A stretch of 64,000 nucleotides of DNA from NCBI GenBank assembly GCA_963701235.1, contig OY969577.1, positions 2,217,951 to 2,281,950 of the forward strand, read 5' to 3'. Each line of letters starts with the position of its first letter. The first letter of the stretch is position 1. The DNA comes from Candidatus Dormiibacterota bacterium. Its GTDB lineage: Bacteria > Chloroflexota > Dormibacteria > Aeolococcales > Bog-877. Below are positions 1-9,944 of this stretch, in pieces. A program made the translations under genes and the position numbers. The notes under the pieces were generated by a model. It worked only from the letters and a program-made list of their open reading frames with translations. It was not told where the DNA came from and did not search any database.

Positions 1-567
1 TACAAGTTCTCCACCTACGCCACCTGGTGGATCCGCCAGGCCATCACCAGGGCGATCGCCGACCAGGCTCGAACCATCCGGATTCCGGTCCACATGGTTG
101 AGACCATCAACAAGCTGGTCCGGATCTCCCGCCGTCTGCTCCAGGAGCTGGGCCGGGAGCCCTCGGACCCGGAGATCGGCGAGGAGATGGGGATAACCCC
201 AGACCGGGTACGGGAGATCGTCAAGGTGGCCCAGGATCCGGTCTCGCTGGAGACCCCGATCGGTGAGGAGGAGGACTCCCACCTCGGCGACTTCGTTCCC
301 GACAGCGAGGCGGTGGCTCCCTCCGAGGCGGCGTCGCTGACCATGCTCCGGACCGAGGTCGAGGACATCCTCGACACCCTCACGCCGCGGGAGCGTCGGG
401 TGCTGCAGCTGCGCTTTGGGCTGATCGATGGCCACCAGCGCACGCTGGAGGAGGTGGGCAAGCGCTTCGGGGTCACTCGCGAGCGGATCCGGCAGATTGA
501 GGCCAAGGCACTGCGCAAGCTGCGCCATCCCTCTCGGAGCATGAAGCTCAAGGACTACCTGGAGTAG
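1..567 (+). CDS. RNA polymerase sigma-70 factor (principal/HrdB-like), 5'-truncated at window edge; regions 2.4-4 present
   Basis: Frame 1 from nt 1 reads [39 protein letters not shown]...[15 protein letters not shown], the canonical sigma-70 region 2.4/3/4 signature; stop at 567. Confidence 0.9.
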   Translation, partial: YKFSTYATWWIRQAITRAIADQARTIRIPVHMVETINKLVRISRRLLQELGREPSDPEIGEEMGITPDRVREIVKVAQDPVSLETPIGEEEDSHLGDFVPDSEAVAPSEAASLTMLRTEVEDILDTLTPRERRVLQLRFGLIDGHQRTLEEVGKRFGVTRERIRQIEAKALRKLRHPSRSMKLKDYLE

Positions 568-626
568 CGCCAGCTCGGTTCGTCGGGAGTGGGCGAGCGC
601 TTGACCTCCCAGGCACAAAGGGCGCC

Positions 627-1739
627 CTAGGTCTGATTCGGCGGTCGGACCTCGCCAGCTGCATCCGGCCGCAGAACCGCTTTTAGCGTGCGTCTGGTAT
701 CCATGGCGGCGTAGGCCTCCGCCGCTTGGCTGAGCGGCAGGGACTGGCTGATGATGGACTGGGGCTGGAGCACCCCGCTCTCGATCAGGCGGAACAGCGT
801 CTGGCGGTGGCGGTAGGGCTGGCCAATCACGGTCCGAATGGTCAGGTTACGCAGCCAGGCCTGCCCCGCCGACTGAGGCCAAGGCTCGTCGACCAGGATC
901 CCCACCAGGGCCACGGTGGCTCCGGTGGCGGCCAGCCGCCAGGCGAGCTCCAGCGTCTCGCGATTACCGACCGCTTCGATGACCACGTCGGCCCGTGAGC
1001 CGCCGGTCAGCTGGCGCAAGCTGGCGGCCGGGTCTCCCTGACCTGGGTCGATCGGCACGGCGCCGAGTTGCCGGGCTAGCTCCCGCCGCTCGGAGATCGG
1101 GTCCACCGCGAAGACTCGGGCAGCCCCAAAGAGTTGGGCGCAGCTGACCGTCAGCAGGCCCACCGGACCGGCGCCAACCACCGCCACCAGGTTTCCCGGC
1201 CTTATCCCCGACTGCAGGCAGGCGGTGTAGGCGGTGGCCAGGATGTCCCCGGTGAAGAGTGCTGCGTCGTCCGACATGGTGTCGGGGATCGGGCATAGGG
1301 TCATGTCCGCCAGCGGCACCCGGACGTACTCCGTCTGGCCACCCGCAAGACCACCCATCAGATCCCCCATTCCGAACATCGCGTACTGGGAGCAGCGGGG
1401 ATGCTGTCCCGCCCAGCATTGGGGGCAGCGGCCACAGGCAACGAACATAGCCGCCGCGCACCGCTGGCCCACTCGGAGCCCGAGGACCGCCGGGCCCACC
1501 TCCTCCACCACCCCAACGAACTCGTGGCCCAGGACCGTTCCCGGGGTGAGTTGGGGAATCTTGCCGTGGAGGAGGTGAAGATCCGATCCACAGACGGCGG
1601 CCCGGGTGACCTGCAGGATGACGTCGCCATCGGCCTGCAAGCGGGGCTTGGGCACGTCGACGACGCGCACATCCCCGGGCCCGAACCAACACAGCGCCTT
1701 CACGACCGCACCGGTGCCTCCTGCCGCCGTCGACTTCAT
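627..1739 (-). CDS. Zn-dependent alcohol dehydrogenase (MDR family, formaldehyde/alcohol DH-like)
   Basis: GHEFVGVVEEVG and CGSDLH Zn-binding motifs plus Rossmann GxGxxG (AVVGAGPVG); start moved to the internal ATG (MKSTAAGG) because the upstream ORF extension is GC-frame noise. Confidence 0.8.
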   Translation of the reverse strand: MKSTAAGGTGAVVKALCWFGPGDVRVVDVPKPRLQADGDVILQVTRAAVCGSDLHLLHGKIPQLTPGTVLGHEFVGVVEEVGPAVLGLRVGQRCAAAMFVACGRCPQCWAGQHPRCSQYAMFGMGDLMGGLAGGQTEYVRVPLADMTLCPIPDTMSDDAALFTGDILATAYTACLQSGIRPGNLVAVVGAGPVGLLTVSCAQLFGAARVFAVDPISERRELARQLGAVPIDPGQGDPAASLRQLTGGSRADVVIEAVGNRETLELAWRLAATGATVALVGILVDEPWPQSAGQAWLRNLTIRTVIGQPYRHRQTLFRLIESGVLQPQSIISQSLPLSQAAEAYAAMDTRRTLKAVLRPDAAGEVRPPNQT

Positions 1740-1974
1740 GTCGGGGACTCCCGGAAGAGCCGAATCCGGGGCCTGGCCGGCCGCTGGCCGGCCGAGCCGC
1801 GGGAGATGACCGAGCTGGCCCAAGCTTTGCAGGCGACCAAACTTTTAGGGATCACCACAACCCAGCCCGGAGCCGGGCGGCGCCGCATCGCTGTCCTAGA
1901 AGGGCGGTCAGGCTCCTGTGCTCCAGGTCCTGAGGCGATCTGGCCGTGAGGCCTGGGTAAACTGCGGAGCGCGA

Positions 1975-2049
1975 TCCGGAGTAGCTCAACGGTAGAGCAG
2001 GCGGCTGTTAACCGCAAGGTTCACGGTTCGAATCCGTGCTCCGGAGCCA
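1975..2049 (+). tRNA. tRNA-Asn (anticodon GTT)
   Basis: Cloverleaf readable: acceptor TCCGGAG/CTCCGGA, D-arm AGCTCAACGGTAGAGC, anticodon loop CTGTTAA, T-arm GGTTCGAATCC, encoded CCA. Confidence 0.8.
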
Positions 2050-2059
2050 TTCGCCGAGT

Positions 2060-3130
2060 TCACCTCGCGTTGGTCACGGCGTGCGGCTCCCGACCGATCG
2101 CCTTGAGCACCCGCATCGCATTCAGGGTGATCATCTCGTTGCCTCCCGACCGTCCCCAGTCCACCACCTCGGCATTCCACGCCTTCTGGCCGCGAGCGGC
2201 ATCCTTACCCGCTCCGGGTTCCTTCCACCACCATCCTCCCGCGCTCCAGGTGCCGTCCGCCGATTGAAGTCGCTCAAGCACATCCACCGCATCTTCGAGG
2301 CGGCAATCGCTGGCATGGCCCAAGCGCACCAAAACGACCAGGCCCTGGAGGATGTCGTAGTGCCAATAGGGCGGGTAGTGGGGGACGAGCCAGTCTGCCT
2401 TGATGGGCGCGCCGCCGCTGAGTGAGCGGAAGAGGCGATGAGAGAGGAACAGCTCCGCAGACCGCGCCGCTGCCGCCTGGGCGCGCTCGTCGCCGGTGGC
2501 CAACGCGTACTCGTGAAGCCCCCATGCTGGCGCCAGGGACTCGTGGAATGAGGAGCGTCGCCCCGTTGCCCTGATGTCGCAGTTCCATCCCCCGTCCGGC
2601 CATTGCCACTTCTGGAGCGAGTCTGCAAGCAGCCTGACCCTGTCATCGTCGGCCAAGCCCAACCGGCAGCAGACCGCCAGGGCGTTGCCCTCCACGGAAG
2701 CGCAGCATCGAGCAACGCCGTGCACGACCGGGACTCCCTGGATCCGCTCCGGCCTCGCCAGCCACCCGAGTATCTGCTCGGCCCCAGCAAGTGCCCGCGG
2801 CTCTCCCGCGGGGACGCCCAGCTCAACTAGCGAGATGAGGCGCCAGTGGGCGCCGGTCCACTTCCGGTAAGGATGGACCCCGAACCCGAACTGCGCGCCC
2901 GGCCAGGCGCGCCACCCTTGCCCGGGCCGGAACGAACCTGGATCTTGACCAGTCAGCAGAGCGGTGACCTTCGGTCCCGAGAGAACGTCATTCTGGTTGT
3001 TCTCCGATTTATCGCCGAGCAAATCTCGCCCCGCCAACGCTCGGACAGCCGGTTCTTCCGACGCCAACAGGAACGCCAGCGCCGCCGACCAACCAGCAGC
3101 CCCTGGACCGGTTACTCCACTAGTCCCCAC
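2060..3130 (-). CDS. hypothetical protein with QW-type repeats (prenyltransferase/terpene-cyclase-like alpha-alpha toroid repeats)
   Basis: 356-aa ORF with repeated Q-x-x-x-D-G-x-W motifs (LQKWQWPDGGW, LERLQSADGTWSAGGWWW). Confidence 0.4.
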   Translation of the reverse strand: MGTSGVTGPGAAGWSAALAFLLASEEPAVRALAGRDLLGDKSENNQNDVLSGPKVTALLTGQDPGSFRPGQGWRAWPGAQFGFGVHPYRKWTGAHWRLISLVELGVPAGEPRALAGAEQILGWLARPERIQGVPVVHGVARCCASVEGNALAVCCRLGLADDDRVRLLADSLQKWQWPDGGWNCDIRATGRRSSFHESLAPAWGLHEYALATGDERAQAAAARSAELFLSHRLFRSLSGGAPIKADWLVPHYPPYWHYDILQGLVVLVRLGHASDCRLEDAVDVLERLQSADGTWSAGGWWWKEPGAGKDAARGQKAWNAEVVDWGRSGGNEMITLNAMRVLKAIGREPHAVTNAR

Positions 3131-3151
3131 AAACAGATCGTGAACCTCGAA

Positions 3152-3832
3152 TCAGGCCCTAGCGGCCAGGGTTTGCACCGCGGGAGAGCGCCGAATCATG
3201 CGGTACCAGGCTGGAAGCTGCAGTTGCCCAGGACGGGACTCGTCGCCGCGACGGACCTCGACCAAATTAAATTCGGCGCCCAGGTGAGTGACCAAGTCGA
3301 CTTCGGTCGCCCCCAAGAAGCCTATCGGTGGCCAGCGGCGCAAGGGCTGGGCAAAGGCGAACATCAGGAGGGTTGCCCCGGGTGCAGTCGCCCGGGCGAC
3401 TTGATCTCCGTACGCTGAGCGCAGAGCCTCCGGGATGCCGTGGAAGCATCCGATATCCAACACCAAGTCGAATGGCCCCACAACTCCGAGATCAGCGAGT
3501 CTGGTGACGTCTCCAGCTACGAATCGGGCGTTCAAACCGCCCGCGTGCGCCCGCTTTCGCGCGCGGGCGATGGCCGCAGGCACGAAATCTACCCCGGTGG
3601 CTTCCCAACCATGGCGAGCCAGATAGACGGCGTTGGTTCCGGTACCGCAGCCTAGGTCGAGAGCTCGACCTGGCGCCAGAGCGGATGGCCCTTCGACCAC
3701 CTCCACCAATTCCGGCGGGCTGATCCCCGTGTCCCAGGGCAGACGTCCGAATCGGTAGCTGATCCCGTAGAAGGCGCGCTGGAGGGCCATTCGCCGATTG
3801 TCGCGCACCTCCGATCCCGGGCGGTGGAGCAC
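3152..3832 (-). CDS. class I SAM-dependent methyltransferase
   Basis: Motif I LDLGCGTGTNAVYLA and acidic motif II (VDFVPAAIARAR). Confidence 0.7.
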   Translation of the reverse strand: MLHRPGSEVRDNRRMALQRAFYGISYRFGRLPWDTGISPPELVEVVEGPSALAPGRALDLGCGTGTNAVYLARHGWEATGVDFVPAAIARARKRAHAGGLNARFVAGDVTRLADLGVVGPFDLVLDIGCFHGIPEALRSAYGDQVARATAPGATLLMFAFAQPLRRWPPIGFLGATEVDLVTHLGAEFNLVEVRRGDESRPGQLQLPAWYRMIRRSPAVQTLAARA

Positions 3833-4014
3833 CAGAGTCAGAGGAGAAGTCTCCGTCCTCCAGGTGCCGGATGGTCCCTGATGCCCTTCGGGATCTGCGA
3901 AACGGGGATGTACGGTCCGTGGCCCCCATCACCCAGTGTGCTCCGTGGGCCAGCAGGCCGAACGGAAGCGGGGGGCCGCTCGCTCAGGAATCGAAACGGT
4001 CACAATTGGGGCCC

Positions 4015-4536
4015 ATGCGACTCTCCGCCAAGGCCGACTACGCCATCCGGGCAGTCGTGGAACTGGCGGCCGACCAGGGGCGGGGCCCAATCACCGCGGA
4101 GCGCCTCAGCGAGATCCAGGACATCCCACTCAAGTTCCTGCATAACATCCTGGCGGAACTCAACCGGGCAGGCATCGTGCACAGCCAGCGCGGTGCCTCA
4201 GGTGGATTTCTTCTGGCCCGAGATGCGGAGCTGATCTCGCTGGCGGACATCATCCGGGTGATCGACGGGCCACTGGCCCGGGTGGGAGACTTCCGCCCCG
4301 ACCAGCTCGCCTACCAAGGCCACACCGCCAGGTTGCGCGACGTCTGGGTGGCGGTCCGAGTCGGCCTTCGCGACGTGCTTGACGAGGTCACCGTCGCCGA
4401 CATCTGCTCGGGAAACCTGCCCCCAGTGGTGAATCAGCTGCTGGCGCGGCCAGATGCCTGGTTGCCTCGGGTCAAGATCGACCCCAGCCAGGCGCCGCGC
4501 GTTGGGGTGCCCGGACGCCGCGCCCGGCCGACCTGA
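4015..4536 (+). CDS. Rrf2 family transcriptional regulator
   Basis: MRLSAKADYAIRAVVELA...GIVHSQRGASGGFLLAR is a typical Rrf2 HTH; internal ATG chosen as start. Confidence 0.75.
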   Translation: MRLSAKADYAIRAVVELAADQGRGPITAERLSEIQDIPLKFLHNILAELNRAGIVHSQRGASGGFLLARDAELISLADIIRVIDGPLARVGDFRPDQLAYQGHTARLRDVWVAVRVGLRDVLDEVTVADICSGNLPPVVNQLLARPDAWLPRVKIDPSQAPRVGVPGRRARPT

Positions 4537-4557
4537 TCCAGATCGGCGGTTGGCGGC

Positions 4558-5709
4558 CTAGGAGCCGGCCGACGCAGGCTCGAAACGGAAGATCCTGGCG
4601 GCGAGCAGCAAGACGGCGATCCCCACGCCCAGGAGCACCAGCAGGTCCGGACTGAGGACTTGGCTGAGTTGCTGCGCCTGGGCCATCAGGCCCCGAAGAC
4701 CGTTGCTGAAGTAGGTCAGCGGCATGACCGTGGCCAGGTCGCGCAGCCAGATAGGCGCGGTCGCGATCGGGTAGAAGATACCGGCCACGAACAGCTGGGG
4801 CAGCGTCACCAGGTTCATCAGGACTACCGCCGACTGCTCGCGGCGGGCGAAACCGGCGATCAAGAACCCGCCCGCTAGGAAGCAGAGCGACCCCACCAGC
4901 AGCATGAGTAGTACCGGCCCCGGGGAGGGACCAAGGCCGACCCCGTACATCAGATGGCCAACCCCCAGCAAGACGGCGATCTGCACCGCCACCAGCACTA
5001 ATTGCGCGAGCACGCTGCTGGCCAGAAATGCCCAGACCGGCATTGGGGTCGCCCGAATCCGGCGCAGCGTGCCGCGCTCCCGGTCGCCCACCAGTCGGAT
5101 ACCGGCACCGAGTCCGGCAGTGAGCACCGCGTAGGCGAGGATACCCGGGGTTAGGAAATTGATGTAGTTAGCGTTGGCCAGTGAGCCGGCACTGAGCCCG
5201 CCCTTGGGATGGAGCTCGTCAACGCTTGGAATCACGGCCGGAGCGGTACGAAGCAGCTGCTGGTTGAGGCTGTAGAGCGCCCCCTGGGCTGCCGCCGCGA
5301 AGGCGGCGTTCTCGGTGATGTTGCCGGCGTTCTCCTCAATCCTGGCGTGCAGCGGCTTCCCAGTGCCACTTATCAGCAGCGCGAAGTCGGCATTGTTGTT
5401 GAGCACCTGGGTTCGCGCGGTGGCGGCTGAAACCTCCCGAACGCTGAACGAGCTACGAGGAAGGGCCTGCTTGAGGATGGCCGCGTCAGGAGCGGGTGCC
5501 ACGATGTCGACCTGACTCCGCTTGCTCTGGAAGAGTCCCCCGAAGATGACGATCAGGAGCAAGGGCACCAGGATGTTGAAGACCACCACCTGGCGGTTCC
5601 GGGCCAGCAGCAGCAGATTGGCGCGGGTCAAGGCCATCAGCGGCAGTAATGGAGAGATGGTGCGGAAGGTCGCCAGGGGACTCCGCGACTGAGGTCCGCC
5701 AGCGCTCAT
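4558..5709 (-). CDS. ABC-2 type transporter permease
   Basis: Multi-TM protein; ATGA start/stop overlap with the upstream ATPase gene at 5706-5709. Confidence 0.7.
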   Translation of the reverse strand: MSAGGPQSRSPLATFRTISPLLPLMALTRANLLLLARNRQVVVFNILVPLLLIVIFGGLFQSKRSQVDIVAPAPDAAILKQALPRSSFSVREVSAATARTQVLNNNADFALLISGTGKPLHARIEENAGNITENAAFAAAAQGALYSLNQQLLRTAPAVIPSVDELHPKGGLSAGSLANANYINFLTPGILAYAVLTAGLGAGIRLVGDRERGTLRRIRATPMPVWAFLASSVLAQLVLVAVQIAVLLGVGHLMYGVGLGPSPGPVLLMLLVGSLCFLAGGFLIAGFARREQSAVVLMNLVTLPQLFVAGIFYPIATAPIWLRDLATVMPLTYFSNGLRGLMAQAQQLSQVLSPDLLVLLGVGIAVLLLAARIFRFEPASAGS

Positions 5710-6596
5710 TGCCCCTCCCCTGCCGAGATATGCCGCCCGGTGCGGGCCAGGAAGACATCCTCGAGGCTCGGCGGTCGCACCGAGACGTCGCGCAGCGCAG
5801 CTTCCCCCAACCGTTGATTGAGTGAGGCCAGGATCACCCCAACCTCGCGACCCTGCAGTTCCCACCTACCATGGGAAAACTCGGCACGAAGCACGCCGGG
5901 GAGCTGCTCCAACGCGGCCTGGTGGTCGGCCGCGACGCTGATGGTTGCCGACGCGCCCAGCTCGGCAATCAGGGTCTTGGGCGCCCCCTGGGCCACCACC
6001 AGACCCACGTCGATGATGTACACCCACTCCGCCAACTGCTCCGCCTCCTCTATGTAGTGGGTGGTAAGGAGGACGGTCCGTCCCTGGCTGTGAAGGTCCT
6101 GGATCATGGCCCAGGTCTGGCGACGGCTGAGCGGGTCGAGGCCCGTGGTGGGCTCGTCCAGGATCACCAGCTCTGGGTCATTGCATAGGGTCAGCGCCAG
6201 CTGCAGCCGGCGCTTCTGGCCCCCGGAAAGCCGCTCGGTGCGGCGGTCGGCCACCTCCGTCAGGTCCACCAAGGCAAGCAGCGCGAGAGGGTCCGCCTCC
6301 CAGCCGTACAGTCGGCCGAAGAGAGTCAGCGTCTCGGCGCAGGTGAGGTCGGCGAAGAGGGCACCCTCCTGGAGCTGTACACCCACCCGACGCCGAGCCT
6401 TGTCCGGCTCGTCGCCCAGCACCTGGACCTCGCCGGCATCGGCGTGGCGCAGCCCCTCGATGATCTCCATGGTCGTGGTCTTACCGGCACCGTTGGGGCC
6501 GAGCAGGGCCACGATCTGACCGCGGGCGATGTCGAGGTCGATCCCCCGGACCGCTTCCACCGGGCCGTAGTTCTTGCGCAGGCCCCGGACGCGCAC
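5706..6596 (-). CDS. ABC transporter ATP-binding protein (ABC-2/DrrA-like)
   Basis: Walker A GPNGAGKTTT, signature LSGGQKRRL, Walker B LVILDEPTTGLD. Confidence 0.85.
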   Translation of the reverse strand: MRVRGLRKNYGPVEAVRGIDLDIARGQIVALLGPNGAGKTTTMEIIEGLRHADAGEVQVLGDEPDKARRRVGVQLQEGALFADLTCAETLTLFGRLYGWEADPLALLALVDLTEVADRRTERLSGGQKRRLQLALTLCNDPELVILDEPTTGLDPLSRRQTWAMIQDLHSQGRTVLLTTHYIEEAEQLAEWVYIIDVGLVVAQGAPKTLIAELGASATISVAADHQAALEQLPGVLRAEFSHGRWELQGREVGVILASLNQRLGEAALRDVSVRPPSLEDVFLARTGRHISAGEGQ

Positions 6597-6762
6597 CGCC
6601 GCACCGGAATCGTCCCGTCGATCTTGGCTGATTGGGCTTCCCCTAGACGGGCCAGGGCTAGCCCCCGGCGACCACGGAAAAAGGGTATCAGCCGTTAGGA
6701 CGAGTCCTAACAGACCTGTGGCGACCGGCCGAGATGGCGACGACGGTCGGCGGAGCGGCTGG

Positions 6763-7701
6763 GTTACCGTCCGGAGGGTGAGGACCCTCTGGGGCCGAGT
6801 GAAGCGGTGGCTGCCGGTCCGGGTGGTGGCACGCTACCTCAATCGCAGCGGTCCGAATCTGGCCACCTTGGTGGCCTGGAACATGCTCTTCTCCTTCTTT
6901 CCCATCATCATCCTGGCAGCCCTCCTGGCCAGCCTGGTTCCCGCTCACGGAGCCGGCATCGGTCGAGACCTCACCGAAGCCATCGCCAAGGCGCTTCCTG
7001 GCGGCAACGGCGCCGCCGTGGTCAAGGCTCTCAAGTCCTTCCAACACCACTCGGGGGTGCTGCTGATAGTCGCGGTCGTGGGGCTCCTCTGGAGCGGGTC
7101 GTCACTGTTCGGGGCCATGGATCAGGCTTTCGCAAGCCTCAGTGGGACTCCCACCCGCAGCTTCATTCCCCAGAAGCTGATGTCAGTCGGGATGATCGGG
7201 CTCTTCGCCTGCCTGCTGGTGCTGGTGGTGCTGAGCTCGAGCCTGTTGGCGGTGATCAAGTCCCTGCCAGCCGTACCCTCGGTTCTCACCCACGGCCCGG
7301 CGGGTCTGATCTTCCAGATCATCTTCGCGATCCTCGCCGGCACGCTGCTATTCAGCGCCATCTATTTCCTGGTCCCCAAGGTCGGCCGCCACGCCCGGGC
7401 CGTCATCCCGGGCGCCCTCACCGCGGCCATCCTGTTCGAGGCCCTCAGCCTCATCTTTCCGCTCTACTTCAAGCTCGCCCACGGATTCCGCACCTACGGC
7501 ACATCGTTCAGCCTTTTCTTCCTGATCCTGGCCTACGCCTTCCTCCTGGCCCAAATCACGGTGATCGGATTCGCGGTGGTCATGGAAGGCGAACCTCAGC
7601 CAACCGGCGCGGGGTCCGACCACAGCGCGAGCGCGTCCTCAGAACCCGGTGCGGCATCGGAGGGAGCGCCTCCCGAGCGACAGGTGGCAGCGAGAGGCTG
7701 A
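6763..7701 (+). CDS. YihY/BrkB family membrane protein
   Basis: LVAWNMLFSFFPIIILAALL and six TM segments typical of YihY; start uncertain (GTG candidates at 6763 and 6778). Confidence 0.65.
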   Translation, partial: VTVRRVRTLWGRVKRWLPVRVVARYLNRSGPNLATLVAWNMLFSFFPIIILAALLASLVPAHGAGIGRDLTEAIAKALPGGNGAAVVKALKSFQHHSGVLLIVAVVGLLWSGSSLFGAMDQAFASLSGTPTRSFIPQKLMSVGMIGLFACLLVLVVLSSSLLAVIKSLPAVPSVLTHGPAGLIFQIIFAILAGTLLFSAIYFLVPKVGRHARAVIPGALTAAILFEALSLIFPLYFKLAHGFRTYGTSFSLFFLILAYAFLLAQITVIGFAVVMEGEPQPTGAGSDHSASASSEPGAASEGAPPERQVAARG

Positions 7702-7742
7702 GAGCTCCTACCGCGGCACCCTATCCAGCGGGTCCGTTGGAG

Positions 7743-8702
7743 CTATCCGGGCTGAGCTTCTGCTGCCCCGGCGGCGTCGGGATCCCAAGGGCCGGCGCGG
7801 TAGAGGCGGCCGGGCAACTCGTGGCCGAGAATGCCCTCAAGTTGCTGGGCCACTCGGCATAGGCGGTCGATGTCGACGGCAACGCTCGCGCCCATCCGCT
7901 TCAGCATGTAGAGCAGATCCTCACTGCAGACATTGCCGGTGGAACGGGGAGCAAAGGGGCAGCCCCCGATTCCGCCTACCGATCCCTCAAACCGCCTGAC
8001 CCCGGCCTGGTATCCGGCCACCACATTGGCCAAGCCCATGCCCCGAGTGTCGTGAAGGTGGAGAGAAATCCGGTCGGCCGGGATCTCTTTAGCCAGCAGG
8101 TCGATCAGGCGCGAGACCGTCTCGGGGTCGGCGACCCCGATGGTATCGGCCACGCTGATCTCGAAGGCTCCCATCGCGGCCAGCTCGCGCGCCAGCGCCA
8201 CCACCCGTTCCGGCGCCACCCGACCCTCATACGGGCAGCCGAAGGCAACGCTGAGACTGGCATCCCAGAGGCATTGCGACCTGGTCGCCTCCTTGGCCAC
8301 CTCTCCTATCTCGGCCATCGTCTCGCTGACCGAGCGGTTGAGGTTGCGCTGGTTGAAGCCATCGGTGGCCCCGACGTTGACCACCACTCGGCGGGCCGAG
8401 GCCTCGAGGGCCCGGGCCAGACCCCGGCGGTTCGGTATGAGGACCCGGAGCCGGGAGAGCACGTCCGGCCCCTGGCCGGTCACCAGCTGCCGCATCAGCT
8501 CCTCCGCATCGGCCAGCTTGGGGACCCAGGTTGGGGACACGAAGGACGTCGCCTCGACCAGGTCAGCGCCGCTCTCGAGAACGCCCTCCAGCAGCTCCAG
8601 CTTGACCTCCGTCGGCAGTTCCACCGGCAGGTTCTGGAGGCCATCGCGGGAGCCTACCTCGGTGAAAAAGATCCGGCCGGCAGCACCGGCCTCAGAACTC
8701 AT
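7743..8702 (-). CDS. hydroxymethylglutaryl-CoA lyase (HMGL-like TIM barrel)
   Basis: FFTEVGSRDGLQN...ISVADTIGVADP...HLHDTRGMGLANV...GCPFAP motifs. Confidence 0.8.
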   Translation of the reverse strand: MSSEAGAAGRIFFTEVGSRDGLQNLPVELPTEVKLELLEGVLESGADLVEATSFVSPTWVPKLADAEELMRQLVTGQGPDVLSRLRVLIPNRRGLARALEASARRVVVNVGATDGFNQRNLNRSVSETMAEIGEVAKEATRSQCLWDASLSVAFGCPYEGRVAPERVVALARELAAMGAFEISVADTIGVADPETVSRLIDLLAKEIPADRISLHLHDTRGMGLANVVAGYQAGVRRFEGSVGGIGGCPFAPRSTGNVCSEDLLYMLKRMGASVAVDIDRLCRVAQQLEGILGHELPGRLYRAGPWDPDAAGAAEAQPG

Positions 8703-8704
8703 TT

Positions 8705-9355
8705 CTACTCGAGTCTAGTCCGCCTGCGGAGTTGATCCAGACCGGGGATTGAGGACGAGGTCCGGGGTGCCGAGTCATCGGCCCGGCGCGCCCGGAACGC
8801 GGCCACCTTGGTCCGGCTCAGGCAGGTGGCAGAGCAGAAGCGGCGGGAGCCGTTCTTGGAGGTGTCGATGAAGACCCGGTCGCAGTGATTCGAGCCGCAG
8901 ACCCCGAGGCGGGCCAGCCCGGGTGAGCCGATCACCACCGCCAGGGCGATGACACAGGTTGCGCCCCGGGCGATCGCCCCACCGGCCTCTTTGGCCTGGC
9001 TGTGGAAGTGAAGATGCCAGGGCTCACCGTCGTGGCGGGCAAGCTGGGGCGCCGCCTGATAGCGGGCCAGCAATGAGTTCACCAGAGCCGCCGCGTGGTC
9101 GGCCCGGCCTGCGCCCATGAGCTCAAAGATCGAGCGCAACTCGGCTGCCAGTTGGATCAGCTCTTCGCTGGTGCGTGCGGTGATGTGAACAGAGCGCCCC
9201 GAGATCCTCGTCTCCACCGTCTGGGCCAACTCCCTTCGGGCGTGGGCATCTCGCGGCAGATCCAGGGCCCGTCCCTTGGACCAGCCCGGGGTCAGCTGGT
9301 TGATCAGCTCAACCGCCGCCTCCACCCCTCGATCCGCGTAACTCTCAAACTTCAT
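8705..9355 (-). CDS. CGNR zinc-finger (ABATE-domain) putative stress-responsive regulator
   Basis: C-terminal CGSNHCDRVFIDTSKNGSRRFCSATC is the CGNR zinc-finger signature; start placed at MKFESYADRG. Confidence 0.65.
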   Translation of the reverse strand: MKFESYADRGVEAAVELINQLTPGWSKGRALDLPRDAHARRELAQTVETRISGRSVHITARTSEELIQLAAELRSIFELMGAGRADHAAALVNSLLARYQAAPQLARHDGEPWHLHFHSQAKEAGGAIARGATCVIALAVVIGSPGLARLGVCGSNHCDRVFIDTSKNGSRRFCSATCLSRTKVAAFRARRADDSAPRTSSSIPGLDQLRRRTRLE

Positions 9356-9429
9356 TTTGAATGGTACGAATTCATGATACACTGTTACTATCAACAGCGG
9401 AATCACCAGTTACATAAAGGAGGCAGACC
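9356..9429. promoter_or_regulatory. AT-rich divergent promoter region between the CGNR gene and the small-ORF/HK operon; contains the 10-bp palindrome ATGAATTCAT and the IR CTGTTactatcAACAG
   Basis: Only strongly AT-rich stretch in the neighbourhood; sits between divergent starts; strong SD AAGGAGG just before 9430. Confidence 0.45.
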
Positions 9430-9600
9430 ATGTCTAATTGGAACCTCTACCTCCTCGTTGAGGACCACCAGCGGGAGCTCCTGGAGACGGCTAATCGAAG
9501 CCGCCAAGGGGCCAGCGCCGGTCGGCAGACCGACGGGGTCATGAGGCGACGCGCGGTGGCAGCGATGAAGCTGCTCCGAGCCGGACGCGACCGGGGCTGA
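9430..9600 (+). CDS. small hypothetical protein (56 aa) MSNWNLYLLVEDHQRELLETANRSRQGASAGRQTDGVMRRRAVAAMKLLRAGRDRG
   Basis: ATG preceded by a near-perfect SD (AAAGGAGG, 7-nt spacer); not in the supplied track (<60 aa); lies upstream of the sensor kinase. Confidence 0.4.
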   Translation: MSNWNLYLLVEDHQRELLETANRSRQGASAGRQTDGVMRRRAVAAMKLLRAGRDRG

Positions 9601-9944
9601 GGTCGAAGGGGCGGCCCCGAGAGGGAAGCCCTGGGGGTCGATCAGCGGCGTCCACCGGGACTGCAGCAGATCGACTGGACCTCGCCGCTGCCTTTGAAAA
9701 CCGGGGCCGGAATGGGGCCGGAGGGGGCCCAAAGGCTGGCCCCAACGACCTGCAGACGACGGCCCACCGGCACGTATTCGCCCGGTAGGGTCTATAACCC
9801 TGCAATCATGTGGGAAATGCAAGCCTTGGGCAGCCCGCCTCGAAGCTGCGCTGGCCGCCAGGCCTCGCCGCGGTGCGGTACCCTCCCAGCCTCCCAACCA
9901 GCGCAGGAATGCGTGGCTTGACCCCTACATATAATTCGAGCCGG

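Noticed and set aside
618-627. Perfect 10-bp palindrome AGGGCGCCCT after the sigma-factor gene, considered as a terminator
   Set aside because: A loop-less palindrome cannot form a stable hairpin. It overlaps the stop of the convergent ADH gene. Probably coincidental.
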